From the NCBI GenBank assembly GCA_002269645.1, contig NIVC01002514.1, positions 62,001-126,000 on the forward strand: DNA of 64,000 nt, given 5' to 3'. Below, piece by piece: positions 35,647 through 45,885 of the stretch; the stretch's first letter is position 1, and every line of letters begins with the position of its first letter. The notes under the pieces were generated by a model. It was not told where the DNA came from and made no database searches. It saw nothing but the letters and a program-made list of their open reading frames with translations. The position numbers and the translations under genes are program-made. Source of the stretch: Macrostomum lignano. Lineage: Eukaryota.

Positions 35647-37315
35647 TCAAGCCTCCGAAGTGGAGCCTCTCCTGTCCTGCTGCTGAGATCGCTTGGCAGC
35701 CAGCAGGCGCTGCTGCAAGCCAGCGGCGAATCTCTTCGCTCCCGGGCCCGTGAGCGACTGCGTCGCCGACACTCCCGGCAGAGCCGACGACGACGACGGA
35801 GCGCCGACGGCAGCGGCACCGACGCCGGTCTCAATAGCATTCTCGTGCTCGCTCTCCGACATGCGACGTCGAATGAGAGGCCGACGCGGCCTGAGCAGCA
35901 TGCCTTCGAGTAGGCGCATTGTGTCGGACTCGGACGCCGAACCGGCGCTCGAAGTTCGACGCCGATTGGCACCGGGATGCTGCGGCTGATGAAGAGATGA
36001 GAATAGCGAGGCTCTTTAGTCTTTATGTCGCGCTAGGTAGCATGGTCTCTAAAGGCCAGAGTCTTAAAGAGGCCCCACAACAGCTCATTTAGGTCCCGTG
36101 ATGATTTATTTATAGGCTTCACGAAGACACATTTAGGTCGAAAGAGGATTCCTATAAGTCCCGTGAGGACACATTTAGATAGGTCTTGTGAGGACTCATT
36201 TATAGGATTCGTGAGGAGTCATTTAGATACCGTGAGGAGTCATTTAGATCCCGTGAGCAGTCATTTAGTTCCCGTGAGGACTTTTTTATAGGCTTCGTGA
36301 GGACTCATTTAGGTCCCGTGAAGAGTAATTTAGGTCTTGCGAGAGCTCATTTTTATGATTCATGAGGAGTCATTTAAATCCCGTGAGGAGTCATTTAGGT
36401 CCCGTGATGACACATTTAGATGGCGTGAGGACTCATTTAGGTCCCATGAGGACTCATTTAGGTCCAGTAAGGATTCATTTAGGTCCAGTAAGGACTCATT
36501 TAGGTCCAGTAAGGACTCATTTAGGTCCAGTAAGGACTCATTTAGGTTCAGTAAGGACTCATTTAGGTCCCATGAGGACTCATTTAGGTTCAGTAAGGAC
36601 TCATTTAGGTCCAGTAAGGACTCATTTAGGTCCAGTAAGGACTCATTTAGGTCCAGTAAGGACTCATTTAGGTTCAGTAAGGACTCATTTAGGTCCCATG
36701 AGGACTCATTTAGGTTCAGTAAGGACTCATTTAGGTCCAGTAAGGACTCATTTAGGTCCAGTAAGGACTCATTTAGGTCCAGTAAGGACTCATTTAGGTC
36801 CAGTAAGGACTCATTTATAGGCTTCGTAAGGACTCATTCAGGTCTCATAAGATGTGACTGCGTACACCCGTGTGGGTCTCAGCTCTTACCTGCTGACCAT
36901 GATCGGCCGGCGCTTTGATCAGTTCGCACTGCACACCGGCATCGGACATTGTGGCGACTGTCATTGCGGCAGCGGCGGCGGCGGCGGCAGCGGCCTGGCC
37001 GTTGGCCGGAGTAGCAGCGGCGCCAGTGGCCTTCTCGATGTCGACAGCGCCACTGTCTGCGCCAGCGGCGGTGCCGTCAGCTTCAAGATGACCGGCGCCG
37101 CCAGGGCCGCTTAAAATTTTATGACGCTTAGCGCGTCGCAAGCCAGGATCGTCAATATACAGCAGCAGAGCTTGTACCAAGGCGAACACCAGAGTGCCTA
37201 GTAAGGGGGCGGTGATGTTTACCCACAGGGGCCAGTAGGCCAGGTCCTGCGGCCTCGGAGGCGTCTGAGTAGTTGTCCAGGCAACGCTCGGCGAGTTTGG
37301 AGCTTCGGTAGCCAT
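35647..37315 (-). CDS. Hypothetical single-pass membrane protein (paralog A), ~254 aa, 2 exons
   Basis: Exons 37315-36890 (cag|gtaaga) and 35985-35647, phase 0; hydrophobic segment YWPLWVNITAPLLGTLVFALVQALLLYI followed by DDPGLRRAKRHK. Confidence 0.75.
36080..36840. repeat. Intronic 21-bp minisatellite (gtaaggactcatttaggtcca)
   Basis: Tandem units in the intron of paralog A. Confidence 0.93.
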
Positions 37316-37359
37316 ACGGTTTGTTAGGGTAGACTAGCATGCAATGCAGGTATCAAAAT

Positions 37360-37800
37360 AGTGTTTTCGATACATATCGGTAGCCAGTTTGGGGATCATA
37401 TGATTCAACTAGCTAGGACGAGTGTAAATATAGTTTTTCGATACATATCGGTAGCCATTTTTGGGATCATATGATCCAATTAACTAGAACGAGTGTAAAT
37501 ATAGTCTTTGATACATATCGGTAGCCATTTTAGGGATGGTATAGTTCAACTAGCTAGGAATAGTTTAAACATAGTTTTCGATACATATCGGTACCCATTT
37601 TAGGGATCACATGATCCAATTAGCTAGGACGAGTGTAAATATAGTCTTCGATACATATCGGTAGCCATTTAGGGATCACATGATTCAATTAGATAGAACG
37701 AGTGTAAATATAGTCTTCGATACATATCGGTAGCCTTTTAGGGATGGTATGGTTCAACTAGCTAGGAAAAGTTTAAACATAAACAATAAACAAACTAGCT
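37360..37800. repeat. ~62-bp degenerate tandem repeat (ttttcgatacatatcggtagcc...)
   Basis: About 7 units between paralogs A and B. Confidence 0.85.
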
Positions 37801-38209
37801 AGGACTGGTTTAAATATATATTTTAATGTATACCGTAGGCATTAAAGTACTGATGGTAACTCTTACAGATAAGGCATTTAGTAATAAATAGATGAAAATG
37901 CAAGTTATCACAGCCAAAAGCTAAGAATACATTATAAGCACAGTGATTTTTCGATACTAAGTAAAACAAAACGGAATGTAATTTTAAATCACTGCTTTCA
38001 ATTTATAATAATACACTAATTCGTCTTATCAGGCATGATTGAATCAATTTATCATAGGTATAGATAAGACTAAGATATTGGGAAAAAACATACACAATTA
38101 GAACTCAGATGCAATTAAAACTGTCATGAAGCGAAAGATTGGATTAGTGAAAACTGAAAATGGTTGCTAGGATCTTTAAATAGGCTTAAACTAATTAAAT
38201 AGGCGGTGC

Positions 38210-39847
38210 CTAAACAGCGGATTCACAATTAGAGACAATGCGCTTGTTGGTAGCGATTGCACTACAAGATCTGGGCTTAGGACGAGGAGGACGAGTGTAC
38301 ACTGGGGCTGGGTGAGAGCCGGAGGGGTCTGGCTGGGGACGAGTGTACACTGGGGCTGGGTGAGAGCCGGAGGGGTCTGGCTGGGGACGAGTGTACACTG
38401 GGGCTGGGTGAGAGCCGGAGGGGTATGGCTGGGGACGAGTGTACACTGGGGCTGGGTGAGAGCCGGAGGGGTATGGCTGGGGACGAGTGTACACTGGGGC
38501 TGGGTGAGAGCCGGAGGGGTCTGGCTGGGGACGAGTGTACACTGGGGCTGGGTGAGAGCCGGAGGGGTCGGGCTGGGGACGAGTGTACACTGGGGCTGGG
38601 TGAGAGCCGGAGGGGTCGGGCTGGGGACGAGTGTACACTGGGGCTGGGTGAGAGCCGGAGGGGTCTGGCTGGGGACGAATGTACACTGGCGCTGGGTGAG
38701 AGCCGGAGGGGTCGGGCTGGGGACGAGTGTACACTGGGGCTGGGTGAGAGCCGGAGGGGTCGGGCTGGGGACGAGTGTACACTGGGGCTGGGTGAGAGCC
38801 GGAGGGGTCTGGCTGGGGACGAGTGTAAACTGGGGCTGGGTGAGAGCCGGAGGGGTCGGGCTGGGGTCGAGTGTACACTGGGGCTGGGTGAGAGCCGGAG
38901 GGGTCGGGCTGGGGACGAGTGTACACTGGGGCTGGGTGAGAGCCGGAGGGGTCTGGCTGGGGACGAGTGTAAACTGGGGCTGGGTGAGAGCCGGAGGGGT
39001 CGGGCTGGGGACGAGTGTACACTGGGGCTGGGTGAGAGCCGGAGGGGTCTGGCTGGGGACGAGTGTACACTGGGGCTGGGTGAGAGCCGGAGGGGTCGGG
39101 CTGGGGACGAATGTACACTGGGGCTGGGTGAGAGCCGGAGGGGTCTGGCTGGGGACGAGTGTACACTGGGGCTGGGTGAGAGCCGGAGGGGTCGGGCTGG
39201 GGACGAGTGTACACTGGGGCTGGGTGAGAGCCGGAGGGGTCTGGCTGGGGACGAGTGTACACTGGGGCTGGGTGAGAGCCGGAGGGGTCGGGCTGGGGAC
39301 GAGTGTACACTGGGGCTGGGTGAGAGCCGGAGGGGTCTGGCTGGGGACGAGTGTACACTGGGGCTGGGTGAGAGCCGGAGGGGTCGGGCTGGGGACGAGT
39401 GTACACTGGGGCTGGGTGAGAGCCGGAGGGGTCTGGCTGGGGACGAGTGTACACTGGGGCTGGGTGACGCATGCCGCTGGAACGCGAATAGTACACTGGA
39501 CGTAGATGAGGATTAGTTGACGATCTTTGCACTCGCCGTCGAGAAGGCAAGTGAGCTCGGTGAGCCCCAGAGCAAATGCCATTCGACTGCTTTCTAACAC
39601 CATTTCTGCCGGCTTTTAAAGTGCCTAGTTTGCTATCGCGAATTTTACGGTTGACAGAAGTTTTTCGTTGCTGCTTAATTCGCCTGAGCCCGGGATCGTC
39701 AATGTATAGCAGGAGCAATTGGACAAGTACAAAGGCCAGAGTGCCCAGCAACGGGGCGGCAACGTTTACCCACAGAGGCCAATAAGCCGCATCTTGGGGT
39801 CTGGGCGTCTTTGAAGTTGTCCAAGTCTCCGCTGCTTCCGTAAGCAT
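38210..39847 (-). CDS. Hypothetical single-pass membrane protein (paralog B), 545 aa, with 24 x 16-aa HPAPVYTRPQPDPSGS repeats
   Basis: Uninterrupted ORF from ATG. N-terminus PRPQDAAYWPLWVNVAAPLLGTLAFVLVQLLLLYIDDPGLRR is homologous to paralog A. The 48-bp repeat is in frame and flanked by unique coding sequence on both sides. Confidence 0.72.
   Translation of the reverse strand: MLTEAAETWTTSKTPRPQDAAYWPLWVNVAAPLLGTLAFVLVQLLLLYIDDPGLRRIKQQRKTSVNRKIRDSKLGTLKAGRNGVRKQSNGICSGAHRAHLPSRRRVQRSSTNPHLRPVYYSRSSGMRHPAPVYTRPQPDPSGSHPAPVYTRPQPDPSGSHPAPVYTRPQPDPSGSHPAPVYTRPQPDPSGSHPAPVYTRPQPDPSGSHPAPVYTRPQPDPSGSHPAPVYTRPQPDPSGSHPAPVYIRPQPDPSGSHPAPVYTRPQPDPSGSHPAPVYTRPQPDPSGSHPAPVYTRPQPDPSGSHPAPVYTRPQPDPSGSHPAPVYTRPQPDPSGSHPAPVYTRPQPDPSGSHPAPVYTRPQPDPSGSHPAPVYTRPQPDPSGSHPAPVYIRPQPDPSGSHPAPVYTRPQPDPSGSHPAPVYTRPQPDPSGSHPAPVYTRPQPDPSGSHPAPVYTRPQPYPSGSHPAPVYTRPQPYPSGSHPAPVYTRPQPDPSGSHPAPVYTRPQPDPSGSHPAPVYTRPPRPKPRSCSAIATNKRIVSNCESAV
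38290..39467. repeat. 48-bp coding minisatellite
   Basis: gacgagtgtacactggggctgggtgagagccggaggggtc(t/g)ggctggg x ~24.5, substitutions only. Confidence 0.97.
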
Positions 39848-39989
39848 ATTTATTAATTAAATTCATAAGCATCAGCCGATGTTAGCATGAAACAAATAAT
39901 AGAGAATTTCTGAACTATTTTAGGATAAATATAGACTATATAGACTACGATATTATACAGTATTATTAGTCACCCAACCTTGTCAGGAG

Positions 39990-40450
39990 TCACTAAGCCT
40001 TGTCAGGAGTCACCAAACCTTTTAAGGAGTCACCCAACTTCGTCAGGAGTCGCCCAACCTCATCAGGAGTCACCCAACCTCATCAGGAGTCACCCCATCC
40101 CGTCAGGGGTCACCTAACCTCATCAGGAGTCACCCCATCTCGTAAGGAGTCACCCGACCTCATCAGGAGTCACCCCGTCTCGTCAGGGGTCACCTAACCT
40201 CATCAGGAGTCACCCAACCACATCAGGAGCCACCCCATCTCGTAAGGAGTCACCCGACCTCATCAGGAGTCGCCCCATCTCGTAAAGAGTCACCCGACCT
40301 CATCAGGAGTCACCCCATCTCGTCAGGGGTCACCTAACCTCATCAGGAGTCACCCCATCTCGTCAGGGGTCACCTAACCTCATCAGGAATCACCCCATCT
40401 CGTCAGGGGTCACCTAACCTCCTCAGGAGTCACCCTACCTCGCCAGGAGC
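39990..40450. repeat. 20-bp minisatellite (tcaggagtcacccaacctca, variants)
   Basis: Tandem variable units upstream of paralog B. Confidence 0.9.
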
Positions 40451-41099
40451 CATCTGTTTCGGAATACTTGGTTGGTTATTATAAAATATGCTCAATTACT
40501 TATTATACAAAATAAAACAGACGAGCAGACACAACAATGTACTTTTTACTTCTAACACAAAAAATCATTTACAACGCAAAATGTTTCGTACATACTACTC
40601 ATGAGAACCAATGTTTCCAACAAATTAAAAATTTTAATTAAATACACATTACTTAGAGAGTCACTATTAATTAATAAAAAGTAAATTAGATTAGGGAAGC
40701 AAAACTTATTAGAAGCCAAAATACCCAAGACTGACATTATAACGGAAAAAAACAGGAGACTTTCTATTTAAAGTTTAGTAGTATCGTGAAGAAATTACTA
40801 GATTATCAAATCAGTTTCCAAAACAAATATTTAATCAAGCAAAACGAGAGTTAAGAGAAATATAGGTAATAAGACCCTTTGGCAGACAATTAATGTCAGT
40901 AAGGAAAATGTAACAAAACCAATCGATAAACTAACAGACATTGCTTAACAATTCAATAGCACGTTGCCAAACATTAATAAATATGTGATGCTACGGCTCC
41001 CACAAGTAGCTAAACTTGAGATAAAAGAGCGAGTGTGCACTGACGTGGGGCTGGGGTCAGGGACTGTACATTGTGAGGTGGTGGGTGGGGTCAGGGAGA

Positions 41100-43430
41100 G
41101 AGGGAGAGAGTGTACACTGCGAGGTGGGGCCGGGGCTGGGATCAGGGAGAGTGTACACTGCGAGGTGGGGCCGGGGCTGGGATCAGGGAGAGAGTGTACA
41201 CTGCGAGGTGGGGCCGGGGCTGGGATCAGGGAGAGTGTACACTGCGAGGTGGGGCCGGGGCTGGGATCAGGGAGAGTGTACACTGCGAGGTGGGGCCGGG
41301 GCTGGGATCAGGGAGAGAGTGTACACTGTGAGGTGGGGCCGGGGCTGGGATCAGGGAGAGAGTGTACACTGCGAGGTGGGGCCGGGGCTGGGATCAGGGA
41401 GAGTGTACACTGCGAGGTGGGGCCGGGGCTGGGATCAGGGAGAGAGTGTACACTGCGAGGTGGGGCCGGGGCTGGGATCAGGGAGAGTGTACACTGCGAG
41501 GTGGGGCCGGGGCTGGGATCAGGGAGAGAGTGTACACTGCGAGGTGTGGCCGGGGCTGGGATCAGGGAGAGTGTACACTGCGAGGTGGGGCCGGGGCTGG
41601 GATCAGGGAGAGAGTGTACACTGCGAGGTGTGGCCGGGGCTGGGATCAGGGAGAGTGAACACTGCGAGGTGGGGCCGGGGCTGGGATCAGGGAGAGAGTG
41701 TACACTGCGAGGTGGGGCCGGGGCTGGGATCAGGGAGAGTGTACACTGCGAGGTGGGGCCGGGGCTGGGATCAGGGAGAGTGTACACTGCGAGGTGGGGC
41801 CGGGGCTGGGATCAGGGAGAGAGTGTACACTGCGAGGTGGGGCCGGGGCTGGGATCAGGGAGAGTGTACACTGCGAGGTGGGGCCGGGGCTGGGATCAGG
41901 GAGAGAGTGTACACTGCGAGGTGGGGCCGGGGCTGGGATCAGGGAGAGTGTACACTGCGAGGTGGGGCCGGGGCTGGGATCAGGGAGAGAGTGTACACTG
42001 TGAGGTGGGGCCGGGGCTGGGATCAGGGAGAGAGTGTACACTGCGAGGTGGGGCCGGGGCTGGGATCAGGGAGAGTGTACACTGCGAGGTGGGGCCGGGG
42101 CTGGGATCAGGGAGAGTGTACACTGCGAGGTGGGGCCGGGGCTGGGATCAGGGAGAGAGTGTACACTGCGAGGTGGGGCCGGGGCTGGGATCAGGGAGAG
42201 TGTAAACTGCGAGGTGGGGCCGGGGCTGGGATCAGGGAGAGAGTGTACACTGTGAGGTGGGGCCGGGGCTGGGATCAGGGAGAGAGTGTACACTGCGAGG
42301 TGGGGCCGGGGCTGGGATCAGGGAGAGTGTACACTGCGAGGTGGGGCCGGGGCTGGGATCAGGGAGAGTGTACACTGCGAGGTGGGGCCGGGGCTGGGAT
42401 CAGGGAGAGAGTGTACACTGCGAGGTGGGGCCGGGGCTGGGATCAGGGAGAGTGTACACTGCGAGGTGGGGCCGGGGCTGGGATCAGGGAGAGAGTGTAC
42501 ACTGCGAGGTGGGGCCGGGGCTGGGATCAGGGAGAGTGTACACTGCGAGGTGGGGCCGGGGCTGGGATCAGGGAGAGTGTACACTGCGAGGTGGGGCCGG
42601 GGCTGGGATCAGGGAGAGAGTGTACACTGCGAGGTGTGGCCGGGGCTGGGATCAGGGAGAGTGTACACTGCGAGGTGGGGCCGGGGCTGGGATCAGGGAG
42701 AGAGTATACAGCGCGGTGGGGCCGGGGCTGGGATCAGGGAGAGAGTGTACACTGCGAGGTGGGGCCGGGGCTGGGATCAGGGAGAGTGTACACTGCGAGG
42801 TGGGGCCGGGGCTGGGATCAGGGAGAGAGTGTACACTGCGAGGTGGGGCCGGGGCTGGGATCAGGGAGAGTGTACACTGCGAGGTGGGGCCGGGGCTGGG
42901 ATCAGGGAGAGTGTACACTGCGAGGTGGGGCCGGGGCTGGGATCAGGGAGAGTGTACACTGCGAGGTGGGGCCGGGGCTGGGATCAGGGAGAGAGTGTAC
43001 ACTGCGAGGTGGGGCCGGGGCTGGGATCAGGGAGAGTGTACACTGCGAGGTGGGGCCGGGGCTGGGATCAGGGAGAGAGTGTACACTGCGAGGTGGGGCC
43101 GGGGCTGGGATCAGGGAGAGTGTACACTGCGAGGTGGGGCCGGGGCTGGGATCAGGGAGAGAGTGTACACTGCGAGGTGTGGCCGGGGCTGGGATCAGGG
43201 AGAGTGTACACTGCGAGGTGGGGCCGGGGCTGGGATCAGGGAGAGAGTGTACACTGCGAGGTGTGGCCGGGGCTGGGATCAGGGAGAGTGTACACTGCGA
43301 GGTGGGGCCGGGGCTGGGATCAGGGAGAGAGTGTACACTGCGAGGTGGGGCCGGGGCTGGAATCAGGGAGAGAGTGTACACTGCGAGGTGGGGCCGGGGC
43401 TGGGATCAGGGAGAGTGTACACTGTGAGGT
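41100..43430. repeat. G-rich 41/43-bp minisatellite (gagagtgtacactgcgaggtggggccggggctgggatcagg +/- ga)
   Basis: About 55 tandem units, two length variants. Confidence 0.97.
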
Positions 43431-43440
43431 GAAAGCAATT

Positions 43441-44711
43441 GTGAGCCAAAAGTTTCCGGAATTTTTTCGAATCGAACTTTTAGTGAATTTTTGTCTATGG
43501 AAAAGCTTAAAAGCAGCAACCATCTACTATGCTGTTGGCCAGCCTTATCATCACTCTTTAGCTTAGCATCGATCAGTTTCCCAGACCCTGCCTACATAAG
43601 CCAGCAAACGCATTCAATGGAACTGCCAAGAACTGAATGGCAAGCAATTCTGCTCAGCCACTTTCATGCGGGACGCAACGCAGCCGAGGCACATCGCGAG
43701 TTGTTGCAGCTGATGGGCCCACATGCACCCTCCAAGTCATCGGTGTACGAGTGGTTCTCTTGCTTTGCTGAGGAGAACTATGAGCTGCAGGACAAGCCGA
43801 GGTCAGGCCGACCCCCTGCTGCTGATGGCAATGCCGTTCGCCAAGCCCTTGAGGACACTCCGGACTACAGCGTGCGCAAGCTGCCAGCTGCTACTGGGGT
43901 GTCCTGTGGCACGGTCCGGCGGAGCCTGCATGCTGCGGACAAGGTGCCGAAGAAGCCTACTCTGGTGCCCCATGAGCTGACACCTCAGCAACTGAGAGCC
44001 AGGGTGGATGCGGCGACTTCGAATCTTCGCCAGGCCGGTTCGCCAAACTTTCTCAAGTCGATAATTGCTCAAGACGAGAAGTGGGTCTGCTATGAGAACC
44101 CAAGCACATCAGCCGTCTGGGTCGATGCTTCTGAAGAACCACCCAGCTGCCCAATGCGGAACCCCCACTGCGGCAAGGAGCTGCTCTCTTTCTGGTTCTG
44201 CTCGTCTGGCCCTGTTTTCTGGGAGGTCATCCCGCGTGGCATGGCTGTGAACGCGGAGGTGATCTGCAGCGAACTGTAGCAGGTTGCCCGTTTGCTGCGA
44301 TCCGTGTGCCCGGGACACCGCGACAAGGTGCTCCTCTTCGACAATGCGCGGCCTCACAAAGCAAGACTCACCCAGGCCAAGCTGGCAAGCCTGGGCTTCA
44401 GTGTTTTGCCCCACCCACCATACTCGCCAGACCTCTCGCCATGCGACTACCGTGTGTTCAGGTCTCTCCAGAGCTTTTGTGATGAACAGCGGTTCGCCAA
44501 CAAGCAACATGTGGAGCAGGCAGTGCAGAAATGGATAGATTCAAGGCCTGCGAGCTTCTGGAGGGAGGGGATTGAGGCATTGCCAGCAAGATGGGAGAGG
44601 GTCAGGGCCTTGAATGGCAAGTACATCACATCGCTGTAAACTGTTTGTACTTGACACTATTTGTTATAGTTTTCAATTGATCAAATTCCGGAAACTTTTG
44701 GCTCACCCTAA
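43441..44711 (+). mobile_element. Mariner (Tc1/mariner DD34D) transposon, left TIR tip degenerate
   Basis: TIR gtgagccaaaagtttccggaatt / aattccggaaacttttggctcaccctaa followed by TA; internal transposase. Confidence 0.95.
43617..44639 (+). pseudogene. Mariner transposase with one in-frame TAG (44277-44279)
   Basis: HTH region (...PRSGRP), QDEKWV, FDNARPH, HPPYSPDLSPCDY; 34 residues between the second and third catalytic D; both halves in the same frame. Confidence 0.93.
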
Positions 44712-45329
44712 TACTTCAAAGCACTAGAAAGTGAAAAAGCAGATCAGAGGCAGAATATTTCAGAAATTAAAATAAATTTAGCTATAATTGTATGATTACA
44801 TGCGGACAACAGTTTAACTATTGAATACTCGTATTTTAACCCCTTAGAGACAACACAAAGACTGACGGTCAGAAAAAGAATTTCATTGACTTTTCATTTT
44901 AATTCCGCAAAAGTCATCAATCAGTTAAATTTGAACACTGCTAAAAGTTTTAAGAAAATAAACAGAAAATTGATTTAGAAATAAAACCGGATAAGCTAAT
45001 AAAATGTTAATAAAATATGGCGTTCTCAACCAAGCTAATAACAAAACGATGCTGATATCTAAGCAGTTTACAATGCTATAAACAAGATTAATTTATTAAA
45101 TAATAACCTAGGAGAACAAAAATATTGAAATCAGAGCATATATCACCAGGCATTTCAATGAATTATGAATCAAGTTGTTGTTTAAAACAGAATTAATAAT
45201 AGCACAGTGTTTAAGACTTAAGCAGTTAGTTTTGGTTACACCACTAGATCGTGTACTTTATCTGCAAGAAACGATCTAAAAGTACATCAGGTTACAAAGA
45301 AAATACGGTAGTGATTGATGCTTCTAAAA

Positions 45330-45660
45330 GTACATATGCACTAAAGGACCCAAATATATACAACTCTAAAAGCACACAAGACCCTGCACATAAGGATCCC
45401 CAGATAGAAGACTCTAAAAGTACACAGCACCCTACACTTAAGGATCCCAGATAGAAGACTCTTAAAGTACACAACACCCTGCACTTAAGGATCCCCAGAT
45501 AGAAGACTCTTAAAGTACACAACACCCTGCACTTAAGGATCCCCAGATAGAAGACTCTTAAAGTACACAAGACCCTGCACTTAAGGATCCCCAGATAGAA
45601 GACTCTTAAAGTACACAACACCCTGCACCTAAGGACCCAAATAGGTGACTCTAAAAGTAC
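45330..45660. repeat. 48-bp minisatellite (cttaaggatccccagatagaagactcttaaagtacacaacaccctgca)
   Basis: About 5-6 units downstream of the TUT stop codon. Confidence 0.88.
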
Positions 45661-45885
45661 ACAAGCTAGTATCTAGGGCAGTTTAGATAGAGACTTCGAA
45701 TTGGACAAAGTGAGTGAAATTAAGATTGACTACCTCTATGGCAGAATTTGATTCTTTAAGCAAGTTTCTATGGCAAAAAGCTGACTAATTGCACTCATTT
45801 CGTCTAGTTTACCTTTAACAAATCAGAAGATAAAAAGGGAAATAATATGTAGTTACTCGACCAGCTAAGTCGACCTCACTTATGT

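Noticed and set aside
38191-39603. Alternative-frame ORFs (470 aa minus; 397 and 363 aa plus) over the 48-bp repeat
   Set aside because: Only the 545-aa frame has an ATG-linked, paralog-supported N-terminal domain
40964-43566. Long ORFs (up to 784 aa) in the 41/43-bp array
   Set aside because: Unit lengths are not multiples of 3 and mixed; open in many frames because the unit lacks stops
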